Assembly (NCBI GenBank): GCA_017499595.2
Contig: CM039002.1
Coordinates: forward strand, 372,001 to 436,000
Reading direction: 5' to 3'
From: Psilocybe cubensis
Lineage: Eukaryota
DNA length: 64,000 nt
The position numbers and the translations under genes were made by a program. The notes beneath the pieces are model-generated. The model was not told where the DNA came from. It worked only from the letters and a program-made list of their open reading frames with translations, and did not search any database. Below, in pieces: positions 47,220 to 59,453 of this stretch (its first letter is position 1; each line of letters begins with the position of its first letter).

Positions 47220-47966
47220 ATGCGCTTCCCAATACTCGCAGCAGTCTCGTGTTTTTTGGCGACATTGGTCCAATGTTCGCCAACTCCCAACCATAAGACC
47301 TTGGTGTCCCTGAGAATCGAAGGAGAAGATAAAACAATATTCGAGGGCGTTGTCCTAACCAAGGGCCATGACATTACTACGGCTTTGGGAGGAACTCACC
47401 ACTGTGATGGGACAAACAATGGAGCAAGTACAACACCGGGTCCTACTCCAAACGCCGCTTTGGACGACGCAGCGAAGTTGCATGACTTTGCCTTCGATGG
47501 GTAAGTTGATATATCATAGAGCTTGAAATATTGTGCTCACTGGTTTTCTGCCAGCGCCTTCTTCCCAGAATTCGACGACTTTCTCATCAGCTCCATCGGG
47601 GGCGAAGCGAATACGGACACACAATTTTGGACCACCCTCGTAAACTTCCAATTCATCCCAGTAGGCGGATGCCAACAAAAGGTCCAACTTGGCGATGAAA
47701 TTTTGTACGCGTTCGACGGATTCTCAAAAGCTCACATCTTGAAGCTTTCTGGACCCGTTGTTGCTCGTAAGAACCATCCTGTTGTCTTCACGGTCACCGA
47801 TGGTTCTACGGGAGCTCCCGTCGCCGGCGCCAGCGTAGATGGGCAGATTAGTGGAGTCGATGGAAAGGTGTCTGTTACGTTTGCTAAAACCGGTCTTAAT
47901 GGTGTCAAGGCGCAAAAAGATGATTCCGTTAGATCCAATCAGGTGGATGTCGTAGTTGTAGCTTGA
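47220..47966 (+). CDS. Secreted protein with DUF4430/beta-grasp-like domain plus small beta-sandwich domain
   Basis: Signal peptide MRFPILAAVSCFLATLVQC, then LRIEG..KTIFEG, GGTHHCDGTN, FLISSIGG, FWTTLVN..VGGCQQ...GDEILYAF. One intron at ~47501-47554. Confidence 0.7.
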
Positions 47967-48100
47967 TTTCTGGATATGTGGTGTAGGCACTAGTACGTCC
48001 AAGTTTCTAAGTAGAATAACTTGAAAATGAAAGTTATAGTACGAAGTGGCTTCGGTGGTTGCGGTTGGAGATAACGGGACACTTTAATTTCCCACACGTA

Positions 48101-48212
48101 GGCAAGATGGCCGAGCGGTTAAGGCGTGTGACTCAAGCTTAGCTTGCCCACGATTTGTGGGTTTCCTTTCTCATTACGTAATGTAGCATGGGTTCAAATC
48201 CCATTCTTGTCA
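48101..48212 (+). tRNA. tRNA-Leu(CAA) with intron
   Basis: Acceptor stem GGCAAGA/TCTTGTC+A, D-arm TGGCCGAGCGGTTAAGGCG, anticodon loop CT-CAA-G followed by an intron, long variable arm, T-arm ATGGG-TTCAAAT-CCCAT and a downstream TTTT. Confidence 0.9.
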
Positions 48213-48409
48213 TAACTTTTACCCCGCAAAGCTTTACAGGTCAATGAGGGACAGTGCAGATGTCGAAAATTCATTTTTGAGATACATGGAGAAAGAGGTG
48301 ATGCCAGATGGAGTTGACGATATTTAAACTCAGATTACAAGAAATTCACACAGTGCCACATTCGCGTTAGGAAGATGCCGGCGAAAACTTGTTCAATATT
48401 TAAAAAACT

Positions 48410-49264
48410 CTACGCTGTACTCTTCACCCCGTCTTTAACTGCTATCCAAGCAGGGCGTGAACTAATGTCTTGCCACCATCTAGGAAACATAAGAATATAG
48501 AAAGTGTGTCAAATCTTTTGACTTACCGTGCGACGTTAGGTTTTTTGTCCAGCAGCTCACTTCCTGCCAACGGCAGTCCTGATCCAAACGGGAGATGGAA
48601 AAGGTCAACAAGAGTGATTTCCTGAATAATTGTGTTCAATATATTGCCGAAGTGCAATGTGTTCAATGGACTCACGTTACCAGCCAGATACCTTTGCTTA
48701 GATAGAATGGTGTCGTAAACATCTAATTTGGCAGAAAGGTCACTATCTGCTTTGACGAAGGCAGCGAGATTTGGTTCTTGGCCAAGTTTTCTGGATACGT
48801 TTTTTAGAAAATCATGATGATTTTTGAAATATTCTATACATACTTTGGTCTGACAACTTCTCTCCATATTTGCGATGCGTATGGATCAAAGTTAGCGAGT
48901 TCGCTTGAGGCCGCTTGCTCGAAAAGTGCCTTTGCTTTCAACTCTGTCGGAATAAGCGCTGGTCCTTGATCCGCATACTTCTCGGCGATGTAGCGTCCAA
49001 TGGCACGGCTCTCATATAAAATGAATCCATCATCGTCCTAGTGTGCACAGATATGTCCATTAGTTGGAGTAAATATGCCAAAAATAATCTCACAATATAT
49101 GGAACCTGGCCAAACGGCTGCTTCTTCAGATACTCTGGCGACTTGTGTTGCTTGTTTGCAAAGTCGATTGAAATGAATTCAAATGGGACGCCTTTCTCCA
49201 CCAATATAGTTGCCGCCCGGACGGTGGCCCTGGACTGAGATACGCCGTAGAGTTTCAATACCAT
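48410..49264 (-). CDS. Glutathione S-transferase (Phi/GTT2-like)
   Basis: HKSPEYLKKQPFGQVPYI, DGFILYESRAIGRYI, LSKQRYLAG, ITLVDLFHLP and PNVARWW. Confidence 0.93.
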
Positions 49265-49986
49265 AGCAAGTTATGTGGGTTTGAATTGGATTGCAGATCG
49301 AGTAGTAGCCTGGGAGGAAAATGAACGGAATGAATGACAGAAGGTTGGTTAAATACTTCTGTACCAACTCAAAGGATCTGAATGATCGCTTCATTTGATC
49401 GCGTTCTACAATCGACTCACAATGAAGCAATAATTCACTTGATGACGGAAACAGGACGGAATCAAAGCGAAACTTAGGCCAAAGGTTTGCAATCATAGTT
49501 CATTTTGATATTGCTACAGACATTTTGATATTAACCAACAGCTTTCCCTTGCTAATGCTGTCGAACGATGTTTTGTTAGTGACTTCAGATGGTGACATCT
49601 AACGCGATAGAGCCCTTGGCACCCGGTACGTCTTCCGCCTAAGCGATATCGGCCTCGTATATTAAATTGCAAAAGCATACAGACTCGCTGTGATTTTCGT
49701 TGCGTAGAGTATTTGATGCCCTCCCAAGTTATGACAGCATTCAAAGCTCGTGCAAAGGGCAACTATGAGCATCGTCAAATCTGACCATTCTAAAAATAGA
49801 TCATGGCTGTTAATTCTGGATCATAAAGCTGATGATCATCATTTATCAGTGGATGCTATTCTCCAACGTTGATAACAACGTCCATCCCTGCGATTCGAGA
49901 CAACAAAAAGAGGTCTCCTAACCTCTTCGACATAGTGATATCTCAAGGACGGCAGAACGAGCTTATTGACAGAGTGTTTCAACACC

Positions 49987-51656
49987 ATGGAGCATGCAGA
50001 CTCAGGACTCGACATAGTGGCAAATCCAGTAGATTCGGGGGCCAGCCGTTCTCCCATATCGCAACTGGACCAAGATGTCATGTGGAGAATTTTCTCGATG
50101 AATGCCAATATGAACAATGACGACGAATTTCGCATCTACTCGAATGACAAACTCAAGAACAAAAACAACAGGGCATTATACACTACCTGGCATAGTTCAC
50201 AAGTATGCCGGTTCTGGCGTCGCCCTCTGTTGAATGCACCAACATTATGGGCACAGCTCATCGACCTAGATGGCCTCTCATCCGTGGACGATTTAATGAA
50301 GGAGGAGATCGTTCGCAGATCCGGGCTCTGCCCCCTCGCTATTGCTGGCCACGTCTTCGCCATATTTCCAAAGGAAAAAGACTTCTTTATTTCAATAATT
50401 CGTAATAACTGGGCAAGAATAAGGAGTCTCAAGGTTTCAATCAGCCAATCCAACAAAATTCCAGGCGATGTTTGGGACGTCCTATCGGAGCCTGCCCAGA
50501 CCCTTGAACATTTCAGGATTCGAGCATCTAACGGTTTAAACCCTAGCAACAACAATGGCATAATCAGCAACGTCTTCGCAAACTATTCGCCATTTCTCAA
50601 ATCCTTTAGATCTTGGAAAATCAACTTTAATTTTGGCTCTGGAGATGGTTTATGCTGGTTATCAAATATACGCCAGCTTGACGTATCGTACATGACATCG
50701 ATGTCCTTCCCTCAATGGCTGGACGCGCTACAGCACATGCCCTTACTTGAGGATCTACAATTGATACACCCTTTCCCTTTGGTAGCACCCTTGCTGCACG
50801 ATAAACCCAGTTCTCAACAATTCACTTGCCAAACCTTTCAAATATATATATCAACCACACTCTCAATTCCTGCGTCATCCTCCTGGATCACATACTACCC
50901 GGAAAGGGCTGTTATCTTTTCATGGATACCCTAGATGAGGCCGATGAACCACCAACGCAATCAACAATTATTCTTGCTACAAAAGTTTTATCGAGGTATT
51001 CACAAAGCTTCTTTGAAAATAATCCGGTTACGACTTTCCAGTACGCCATCACTCATACAACAATCACAATAGCAGAATATCGATCCAAAACTCCAATGTA
51101 TCGCATCTTTGTTGGCTGCGGTGACCCTGGCCAACTTCCTCTCTTATTCACTCTCTTTGAGGCTTATTCGTCTTGCGATTTCTCCCATGTAGAAACCTTG
51201 CTATTTGACATTGACATTTTTCCATCACAGACAATAAATGCGGATGTTCTCAAGATTCTGTTCAAGTTTAATTCCGTCAAATCCTTATTGTTTTCAAAAC
51301 CTGGCACCATCCCCGCTCTATACAGCCTGGTACGGGAATACACGGATACAACCAGGTCCAGTGAAGCCATACAATTCTCGCTATTCCCTTCCCTTACCGC
51401 CATCAAAGCAATTGGAGCGTATAATTTTGTTAGTCAGACGAAGAAGGTTTCTCCAGCACTCTTGCTACTTCAAGAAACCCTTGCCAAATTCGTGATATGG
51501 CGGAGAGATTACGGCATTGAAGTCCCTGTGGAGGTTATTGACATTTCTGACCTAGGGGATGCAGCCAAAGTGGAAATATTCAATAGTATTTCGGGCATAA
51601 AAGTCATCTGTAAAGCGTCACCTGACGAAGCGGAAGGTGCTAAAAATGAACTATGA
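49987..51656 (+). pseudogene. F-box-like/LRR protein split by an apparent frameshift near 50800-50826
   Basis: SPISQLDQDVMWRIF...SSQVCRFWR..LLN.PTLW F-box-like motif in ORF 49966-50934. The coding signal continues in an overlapping different-frame ORF (IHLPNLSNIYI) to 51656. Confidence 0.6.
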
Positions 51657-52334
51657 AAAACATTCGGAATGATAGAAGTGTCATTTTTTTGCTAAAGGTT
51701 GTTGTTACGACCGGCACAAAATATGATGTGCCGAGGATTCAAGATAAGTTTACAGCCGCTTAATGTATCAGTGGAGTGAGATAAAGAAGCCAGTAGTAAG
51801 TGACAGCAGCAGACAGTGAGTAGAAAGCTATGCCAAAATAGCCATTGTGATCCGTTGAAACCTTGTACTTCGGGGCAGTACTCTGACTGTTTTTGAGGTA
51901 AATGTCTTTGGATTTCGACCTAGCACTGGGAGCCCTCGCCTTTCTGATTTCATTCCTTCGTAGGCTCTCAGGAGGAGAAAAGGAGTTCTAATATTAGGCT
52001 GTTTTTCTACAATGTGACAGAGATACATTCCCGAATCCCGGCATTTTTCTCAATAAGTACTAGTGCAAGTCCATCGCCTATTCTATCCGGCTTTCTCTCT
52101 AGTTATGTCGTGAATTGCAAGTAATCAGAATCGGAGAAACGACGGGAATAAGGGATTGATTCAAGGGTGATTGAATTATACGAGGTACGAATCTGGCACT
52201 TGCGCATATCATATATATGTATAAAATAAATCAGCCATTGTAATTAAACGGTCCAATTGTGCTACACAGGCAGAAATGATCATCATGAGTTATTGTACGT
52301 TATGCTCTCTTGTCCATTTTTCAAACGAAGGCAA

Positions 52335-53480
52335 TCAGACTGGGGGCGATAACTTGCGTTCCCTGTTATTGAAACAAATGGTAAATATATCGCAACGGAG
52401 AACCGAAAGCAGGTGATATCTCTCTTACCCATTTGCATTCCCTAAAAGCTCTTCAAACCGCCTGCGTTTCTCTTCTAATTCTTGGTCGTGTTCGTGTCCA
52501 GTGGTATCTCCATGATCCATTTTAAAAGATTCGCACTCTCGGATGAACTGCTCCAAGTCCTTGACCCGGGTTATCGATAGTTCAGGTTCATTCGAACCTC
52601 TAGCGCGTGCCAAATATGAAGCAACCATTGTCGCAAGTGCACCTTGTGGATAAAAAGGTTTAATCGAACAGAAAACTACCAAGTGACTAAGAACTCACCG
52701 AGGATAGTTGTCGACACAGCCGCCTGCAATATACAACAAGGTCGTGTAAGCAAGTGATAAGAAGATTAGTATATAAAATTAACTTACAGATCTCCCAGAG
52801 CCAGAGGTAGCCACGGCTGATAATCCCGTTGTAAGCGAACCGAGTAGCACTTGTAGTCCTATAGCCACGTTTAGAGCATATCCAGTCCATTGCGCCTTCG
52901 CTGCGTATTTGTCCCTCTCCCTGACTGCTACGTCAATTGTCGGTTGGAGGCGTTGTCCAAGAGTAATGGGCTTTGCGACAATAACCAATAAGCAAGACGC
53001 TGAATAAGTATGAGCGATGCTTACTTTTGTCTCCACTGATGGCACAATCCAATCAATTGCTGATTTTCTCTGGTTGCCGTTGTCATTCAAAGAAATCCGC
53101 GTGTCCATCGTTCGCGTTCGGCGAACTCCCTGAGTCGCTTCATATTGCCTGGTGTTCAGAGGTGGCAGAGGGAGGCCGCCACCAATTCCCTGGTTAAAAT
53201 TATTGCCACGATTTGGATGATTCTGGAAGCTGTTGAAACTGTTTTCATCGCCCTGCTTCTCTTCGATAGACCTTGAGGCAGATACATTCGCGGACAAATG
53301 GGCTGGATTCTGTGGTGCAGACGTGTTTATCTGAGCTGCTGGGCGTCGTGGACTTCCTTCATGAGACGAGAATGGGTCGCCTTCCTTGCTTGGTGGTGAC
53401 GGTGGAACTAACGCCTGATCCATACGAGTTTCCTCCCGAATAGCATCGTCGGAAACAACAGCAGGGCGCTCGGACGACAT
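52335..53480 (-). CDS. Fungal SLATT-like (SMODS/SLOG-associating 2TM effector) domain protein
   Basis: Disordered N-terminus, then two TM helices (ALNVAIGLQVLLGSLTTGLSAV; LGALATMVASYLAR) followed by ARGSNEPELS..RVKDLEQFIRECE. Confidence 0.72.
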
Positions 53481-54106
53481 AGTTTTGCACTACTGAGACG
53501 TGGGTACCTGATGGCAGTAGGGAGAAGCAAGGGCATTCAAGCTAAACCAAAGTTGATAAGTTATATTTTGACAAACAAGCAGCCCAGTGCTATCTATTTC
53601 GTGAAGCTGTCAAACACGTCTTCGGTGGGATTATCGCGGACGAAAAATGGAGATGCGCACCAGGTATGGAAGGCGTGCTCACATTTAACCTTCCAGCATC
53701 CCACGACGTACACTGTTCAACAATCACAGAAGCCATTGACGGAGGTGCGTTGTCTGACAATTACTTTTATTGAAAGCCGCAATTTTGATGGCACCGGATC
53801 GAATGTATTTCATTCCAGATATATGTTCTATTTTTATCCCTGCTTGAGTATTAAAGCCAAGGATGCCGACGCTAAGCAAAAAGTCTTCTCATCAAATGTC
53901 GAGACACCAAAGAAAGAACAGCTGAAAGACGCAGCCTGGGGACTGTGCCGCCGAAAAAAATAGGAAGCTCTAGAACATTGCATGCGCATGATTGATATTC
54001 GATAAAGGAACCAGTACATTACCAAGGCCTACATACAAAACCAACAAATGAATAGACAACGACAAGCACAACACGGTCAACATATAGACAATTGTACATA
54101 CTTCAA

Positions 54107-57100
54107 TCAAGATGGCGTAGGGGTAGCGAAGGACCCTCGCCCTCGACCTCGGAATCCCCCTCGACCTCCTCGACCGCGATCGCCATTGGGGACAAACCCT
54201 CGCAAGCCACGGAACCCAGGACCAAATCCGCCACGTCCCCCTCCTCTGTGCGAACCTCTGCCATTTACCGGTATGGGTACAGCTGGTTCAGCATGTGCAA
54301 CAGATGCCGGTTCTTTTGTTTGCGGTTGCGAATGAGGGCCCGTAACCGCAGATTGGAAAGGAGGACCACCTCGACCGTTAACAAACCCACCTCTGCCTCT
54401 GTTTGGGTTGGACATTATATGAACACGCGCTGGTTGGCTACATTGATCAGGATTAGCAAAAACACGTTTATGGAGCCGTGGAGAACACGTACGTTGATGG
54501 AGGAGCAGGACGGAACCCAGAAGCTGGCGTGTGGCCGGGAGCTGGATTGATGGCTGGATGCGGTCCAAAGCGAGGTTTGAATGGGACCTGGTTTCGAATA
54601 GGAGGAGGCGCTTTGGGATTTGTAGAGGTAACAAACTGCGGGTTCGTCAAATTGAGGCAAGTGTTGAATTCAACAGTTGATCCACGATATTGGGAGCAGC
54701 TAGGGGAAATAGGATAATCAGCATGGTATATTGGTGGGTGTAAAGTGGATTAAAAATCACCGGTCTCCCAATGTGACCCCTGCCATAAATGGAACATCCC
54801 AAACAACATCCATTGATTTGGCATTGAGTCCGATTACCACTCCCTTCACTGACAGAGGGACACTGCCTGAATCCTGAACCATGGTCACGCGATCACCGAG
54901 AGCGAAATGCTGATTTTGAAGGCGATAGACCGCATGAGCAGGTTTGAGGACAGCTTGTCTGGGGATGCCCTTGACGATGGCTTTCTTGATTTGAGAGGGA
55001 ACCTTATTCTTGGTAAAAGTATCCGCCAATGTCTCAATCTCAGCCACAGTTTCCTGTAAGAAATAAGTTCAAGAATCACAGCCTCGCTAAAACACGATCA
55101 TACCTTTGTCAATTGATCGCAAAAGAGAGATACCGGTTCAAAATCGCGAACGCCTTTAGATTTCAACCAGTTTTTGATTTCTCTGACTTTACCATCCGGA
55201 TCAGGCCCAGCAAAGACATCGGAAGCTTTCGCCATTGCTGTAAAAGTTTGGTCAGCCAAAACTTGGCCAATAGTTCATAAACAGGTAACTGACCATCCCC
55301 GCTCATATCGAGGATCCTGAAAACTTCCGGGAACTTTTCCTAGTACAAAGTAGAAATTATCAGCCTCACCGAGACGCCCAATATTATAGAATCTTGCCTT
55401 GTATTCTTTGATCAGTTCCACTGTCTTTTCACTATATTCCCAAGTGCGTCCGTCTTTACGTGAATAATCAATAACCTTTAGGGACTTCGCCTCAAATTTG
55501 AGGCTGAGGCCCAAATTAGTCTTTTGATTATCGGAAGTAATGACCATAAAACTGGATGTGATTTTGCCCAACGCGCGCCCAGTCAATCCGACGAGATCGG
55601 CTGCTTTGAACGAAGGGTAGTATCGACTGGCTTTACGATTGTTGACAATTGTCTTGAATTTGTCGTTTTCCGCCTTTTCAGAAGGGAAAAACTAAAATGG
55701 ACGTCAGCAAAGTCTTTGGAAAGACCAATGTGACCAAAACATACTGCGAGTATGACAGATAGTGCCGTTTCCGTTGTAGATGAAACTTGGGCAGCGACAC
55801 CGTATGCGTGTTCCCCAAGGAAAAAGATCTTACTGCCATCGGGGAACTCTTCAGAAAGTGGAGGAGCATCTCTTTCCATAAACCGAGGATCCTCAGATAC
55901 AACCTCTGTTAGGCACATTTGTACGGCTTGTTCCTGCTCTTTATCCGGACCTTCGTAATCTTTCACGAATGCCCCTGTTTCCAGTCTCTTGAGACCTATA
56001 TAAATTTGTTTAGCATGTTTGTTCAGAGCTTTAGACAATTTAGCTATACTCGCCTTTTAGTGGGCGAATGTGGAGTAATATGTCAACGTTTCCGGTAATC
56101 ACTCCACACCGCTTGGAGTAGTAAGTCTCGATACGCTCCGCTTTCATCTTCCAGTGGCCCAATCCTTGAGGTGCATGAGGATTCGAAACGACCTTGGCGG
56201 GTGTGCCGGGAACAACCACCATTTTTTCGTACTTGAACAACGAATCTGACACAGCAACGACCAAACCCTCCTGTAAGAACGGCCACCCCATAAAGATTCG
56301 CTGATCGATCATGTTGGTGGCAATATCTTGTACTTTGGTGTTTTCATAAGGATTCTCGATATGCACGATCATCGACTTATTTCGACTCTCGGACCCATGT
56401 ACGTTAACGCCATGATAACCTAATTGAGCGGTGTGTGGAAGGGTTTGTAATGATGGGAAACCAGCGAGAGCCTCAGCGCCCAAGGCAACACCGTCACAAA
56501 GCCCTGGTATCAGATGAAGGCCATCGAGTGTCGGTAAATCAAATGGTTCCATAATGCAAGCACATCGGTATAAAGGAGGGAAGAATCCAGGCAGCGAAGA
56601 CGGGTAGTAGGTTGGCTCTCCTGGATTGTAACGGAAAATGGTGCTCGTTCCACGGGAATTTCTTTCGACTTCCTCCTTTGTAAGGCGGTGCTCGCGCGCT
56701 GAAAAACAAAACAAAATAAACTCTGGTCAGAAGCGGAGATTGTTAAGACTATACGAATACGAACATGCCATAGCTTTCAGTAATCTGGCCTCGTCAATGA
56801 AAGGGATCTTGACAATCGCCTCCCAATCCTGCTTCTTGCCGTTCAGATCTTGCTCGAACTCGAGAGGATAGAAATCAAGGATCGGCGAATTTGGGTCGTA
56901 CATCAGATCCTATTTGGGAGTTTGAACAATGCAGACAACAAAACACAGTGAAGAAAAATGCCAACCCTGTAAGCCATAGGGATATGTTCCATACTTGCTA
57001 CCGGTAACACACCCATTAACTGTTCGTATGGTTTGAATGGTGTGCCAAGCTTGAAATCAAAAGTCATTTTATCAACTCCTCGTAGGTCTTACAACGCAAC

Positions 57101-59453
57101 AGGTCAGAAGATTACTTTTGTTATCGAAGAGAAGAATATTACCCGAAATTCTTGGAGCATAATGATAGTTGTAGAACCAGCCCCATGAGGCCACACCACT
57201 GTAGTAGTAGTGCATCACCCACTGCAGTCCTTCCACGTATTTATATACAAGATCGTGCATATCTTTGGGGTTGTCGTATGATATTTCAAGTTTGCCCTAT
57301 AAAAAATTGGATCGGTATCAAACGAATGGAAAACATTGGCCACGCATACCTGATAATACCCCCTCTTCCATTCATCCATTTTTTCTTGCACAGATCTTTT
57401 ATACCGTTCGTCAAAGCTTCCTTCTTCGTCAGGGTCCACCACACGAGCCTTCTCATACTTCTTCAACACACGGTCTACAGCAGCCCGACTTTCGTCATCG
57501 TCAGCATCATCCTCCCATTCACTTCCGTCAGTCCCATTCTCTCCTTCTTTGATTTCATCCTCATCCAACGCCCTAGGAAACCTCCAAGTCACGAGATTTA
57601 CGTCTTGGTCGTCGTATTCATCCCAGCGCACACTTAAGTGCAGGTCCTCTGATAATTTGGTAATAAACTGCCTATCCTTTGCTGGAAATTGGTTTGGCAT
57701 TGCCAACATCGCTGCACGATAGTGTGAAGGCGAAGGCAAATTCCTGTTTTCCATCACAAACGTCCTAACTCTTTCGAATACTTCTCTCTGTGTTTGTGTC
57801 AATGCTGTAAAAATGATTAGAATCTGTTTTCCGTGAACGATACTTGAGACAGATGATGACATACCCAGTTCTCCTCGTTTTGGGCCGCCATTTTCCAACT
57901 TCTTCACATGCTTGTCTTGCTTCCCCTTGTACCAATTCATATCGGCGTATTCACGTTGGAAAACTTCCTCTTCCCACTGAGCCATCTCGTCCAACACTAT
58001 TTGAAGTCGTTTAGTGTTGATCTTGCCACTTTCGTTGATGTATCCATCTGTCACGAAGGGAAATTTAATCAGGCTGAATTTGAGCATGTATAGATAATAC
58101 TAACCCATGCCCGGCAACACCTTCTTGTAAACATCAAACAGTCGCTCCAACCCATTTTCGTGGATATGTAAATCTGGCAGATTGGGCAAAAAATCGTTGC
58201 CGACAAATACCGCCAGCAGAATAAAGTCGTCAATAACTCTTTCTAGGTTGTATTTGAAGGGCAGTATCGGTTCTATATCGTGAAACTCCAAGTCAAGGTA
58301 TTCCCGCATCAGCGATAGATGTAAAAGATAGAAATTGATGGATTCCAAGCTGTAATGCTTCAGTGAGACGAATCAACCACATTAAGGCTTTGTGCTTACC
58401 TCGTGCTGCCCTTCTTACGGGAGGCAGGTCCAAACTTCACTTCTTCACGTAGCAAACAAAAATGAGGGTCGTGACTTAAGAGTCCTAGCATGATTAAATC
58501 GGCGTCGAGTCCGTAAAGACAGTGACGAATGTTGGGGTTGTAGTCTGGTTGCGCTCGCGACAATCGAATGTACTCCATAATCTTATGTTCCCCTTCTCCT
58601 GGCACTTCGTGGCCTGACAAAACAACTTCGACATCCCGCCAGTTCGAATCTTCTGTGATCTTCTTGTTGATAAAATACCGAAGCTGCTCTGAAAGACGGG
58701 CCATGAATGGTGTCCCTGTTCAAGTTATTTAACACTGTGACTGATATTGGACATCCCAGAGAACGTACCTGGTGTTATACAATTGCTGTCAAAAGCTTTC
58801 TCGTCTGGAAGCTTCTCCCCTTTAGCCTCTGCTTTCTCTCGGACCTCCTTAGCTTCTTTCGCTGTCCTGAAACGTCTACTTCGTTGCTGGTTCATCTTCG
58901 CACGGGGAGCAACACCGTCGACTGCCATGAAAAACAACTTTTTGGGTTTGATTTTTCCGAAAAGATGGTCGACATAAGCAAAGATGGAGGTAAAAATCTG
59001 CTCTTCTGACAACCGGAAATGGGCATCCTCGTCGTTTGGATGAGAACCTGCATTCGCAAAAATGATAGTTAGTGCATATCTAAGTAAATGGAATGCACAT
59101 CTCACAGTTATGAATGATTCCGTTGAAATCCAGGTAAAGGTTATCTGCTGGCACGTTAGAACCAACTCCGTGAAGAAAACAAACGTAGTGGACGCACCGA
59201 ACTCTGGAATTTTGTTCTCTTGAATAAGTTGGGACGTTAAAGGATAGCGTTCTCTGTTATCCAAAGAAAGGATAAGCAACACTTAGAGTGGTGTTGAACA
59301 TGAGGCTACTTACGAGATGTAGCGGAAGAACTTGAAACCATAATTCAGCGCTTTCGCCAGCCAATCTCAAGAAGTGGAACATACCTTTGGGATACCTAAA
59401 GAAGAATGGTATTAGAGCATAATTTGCTTTGACGCAACGTTTGACGTACCCAT
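54107..59453 (-). CDS. XRN1: 5'-3' exoribonuclease 1
   Basis: Spliced [82 protein letters not shown]3-like domains and an RGG-rich tail. Confidence 0.97.

Noticed and set aside
45523-49264. IDO + secreted protein + GST as a secondary-metabolite gene cluster
   Set aside because: No backbone enzyme, tailoring set or transporter nearby. The adjacency is unremarkable.
54107-54420. RGG-rich ORF as an independent RNA-binding gene
   Set aside because: It is the terminal exon region of XRN1, reached by splicing from the upstream SH3-like exon.
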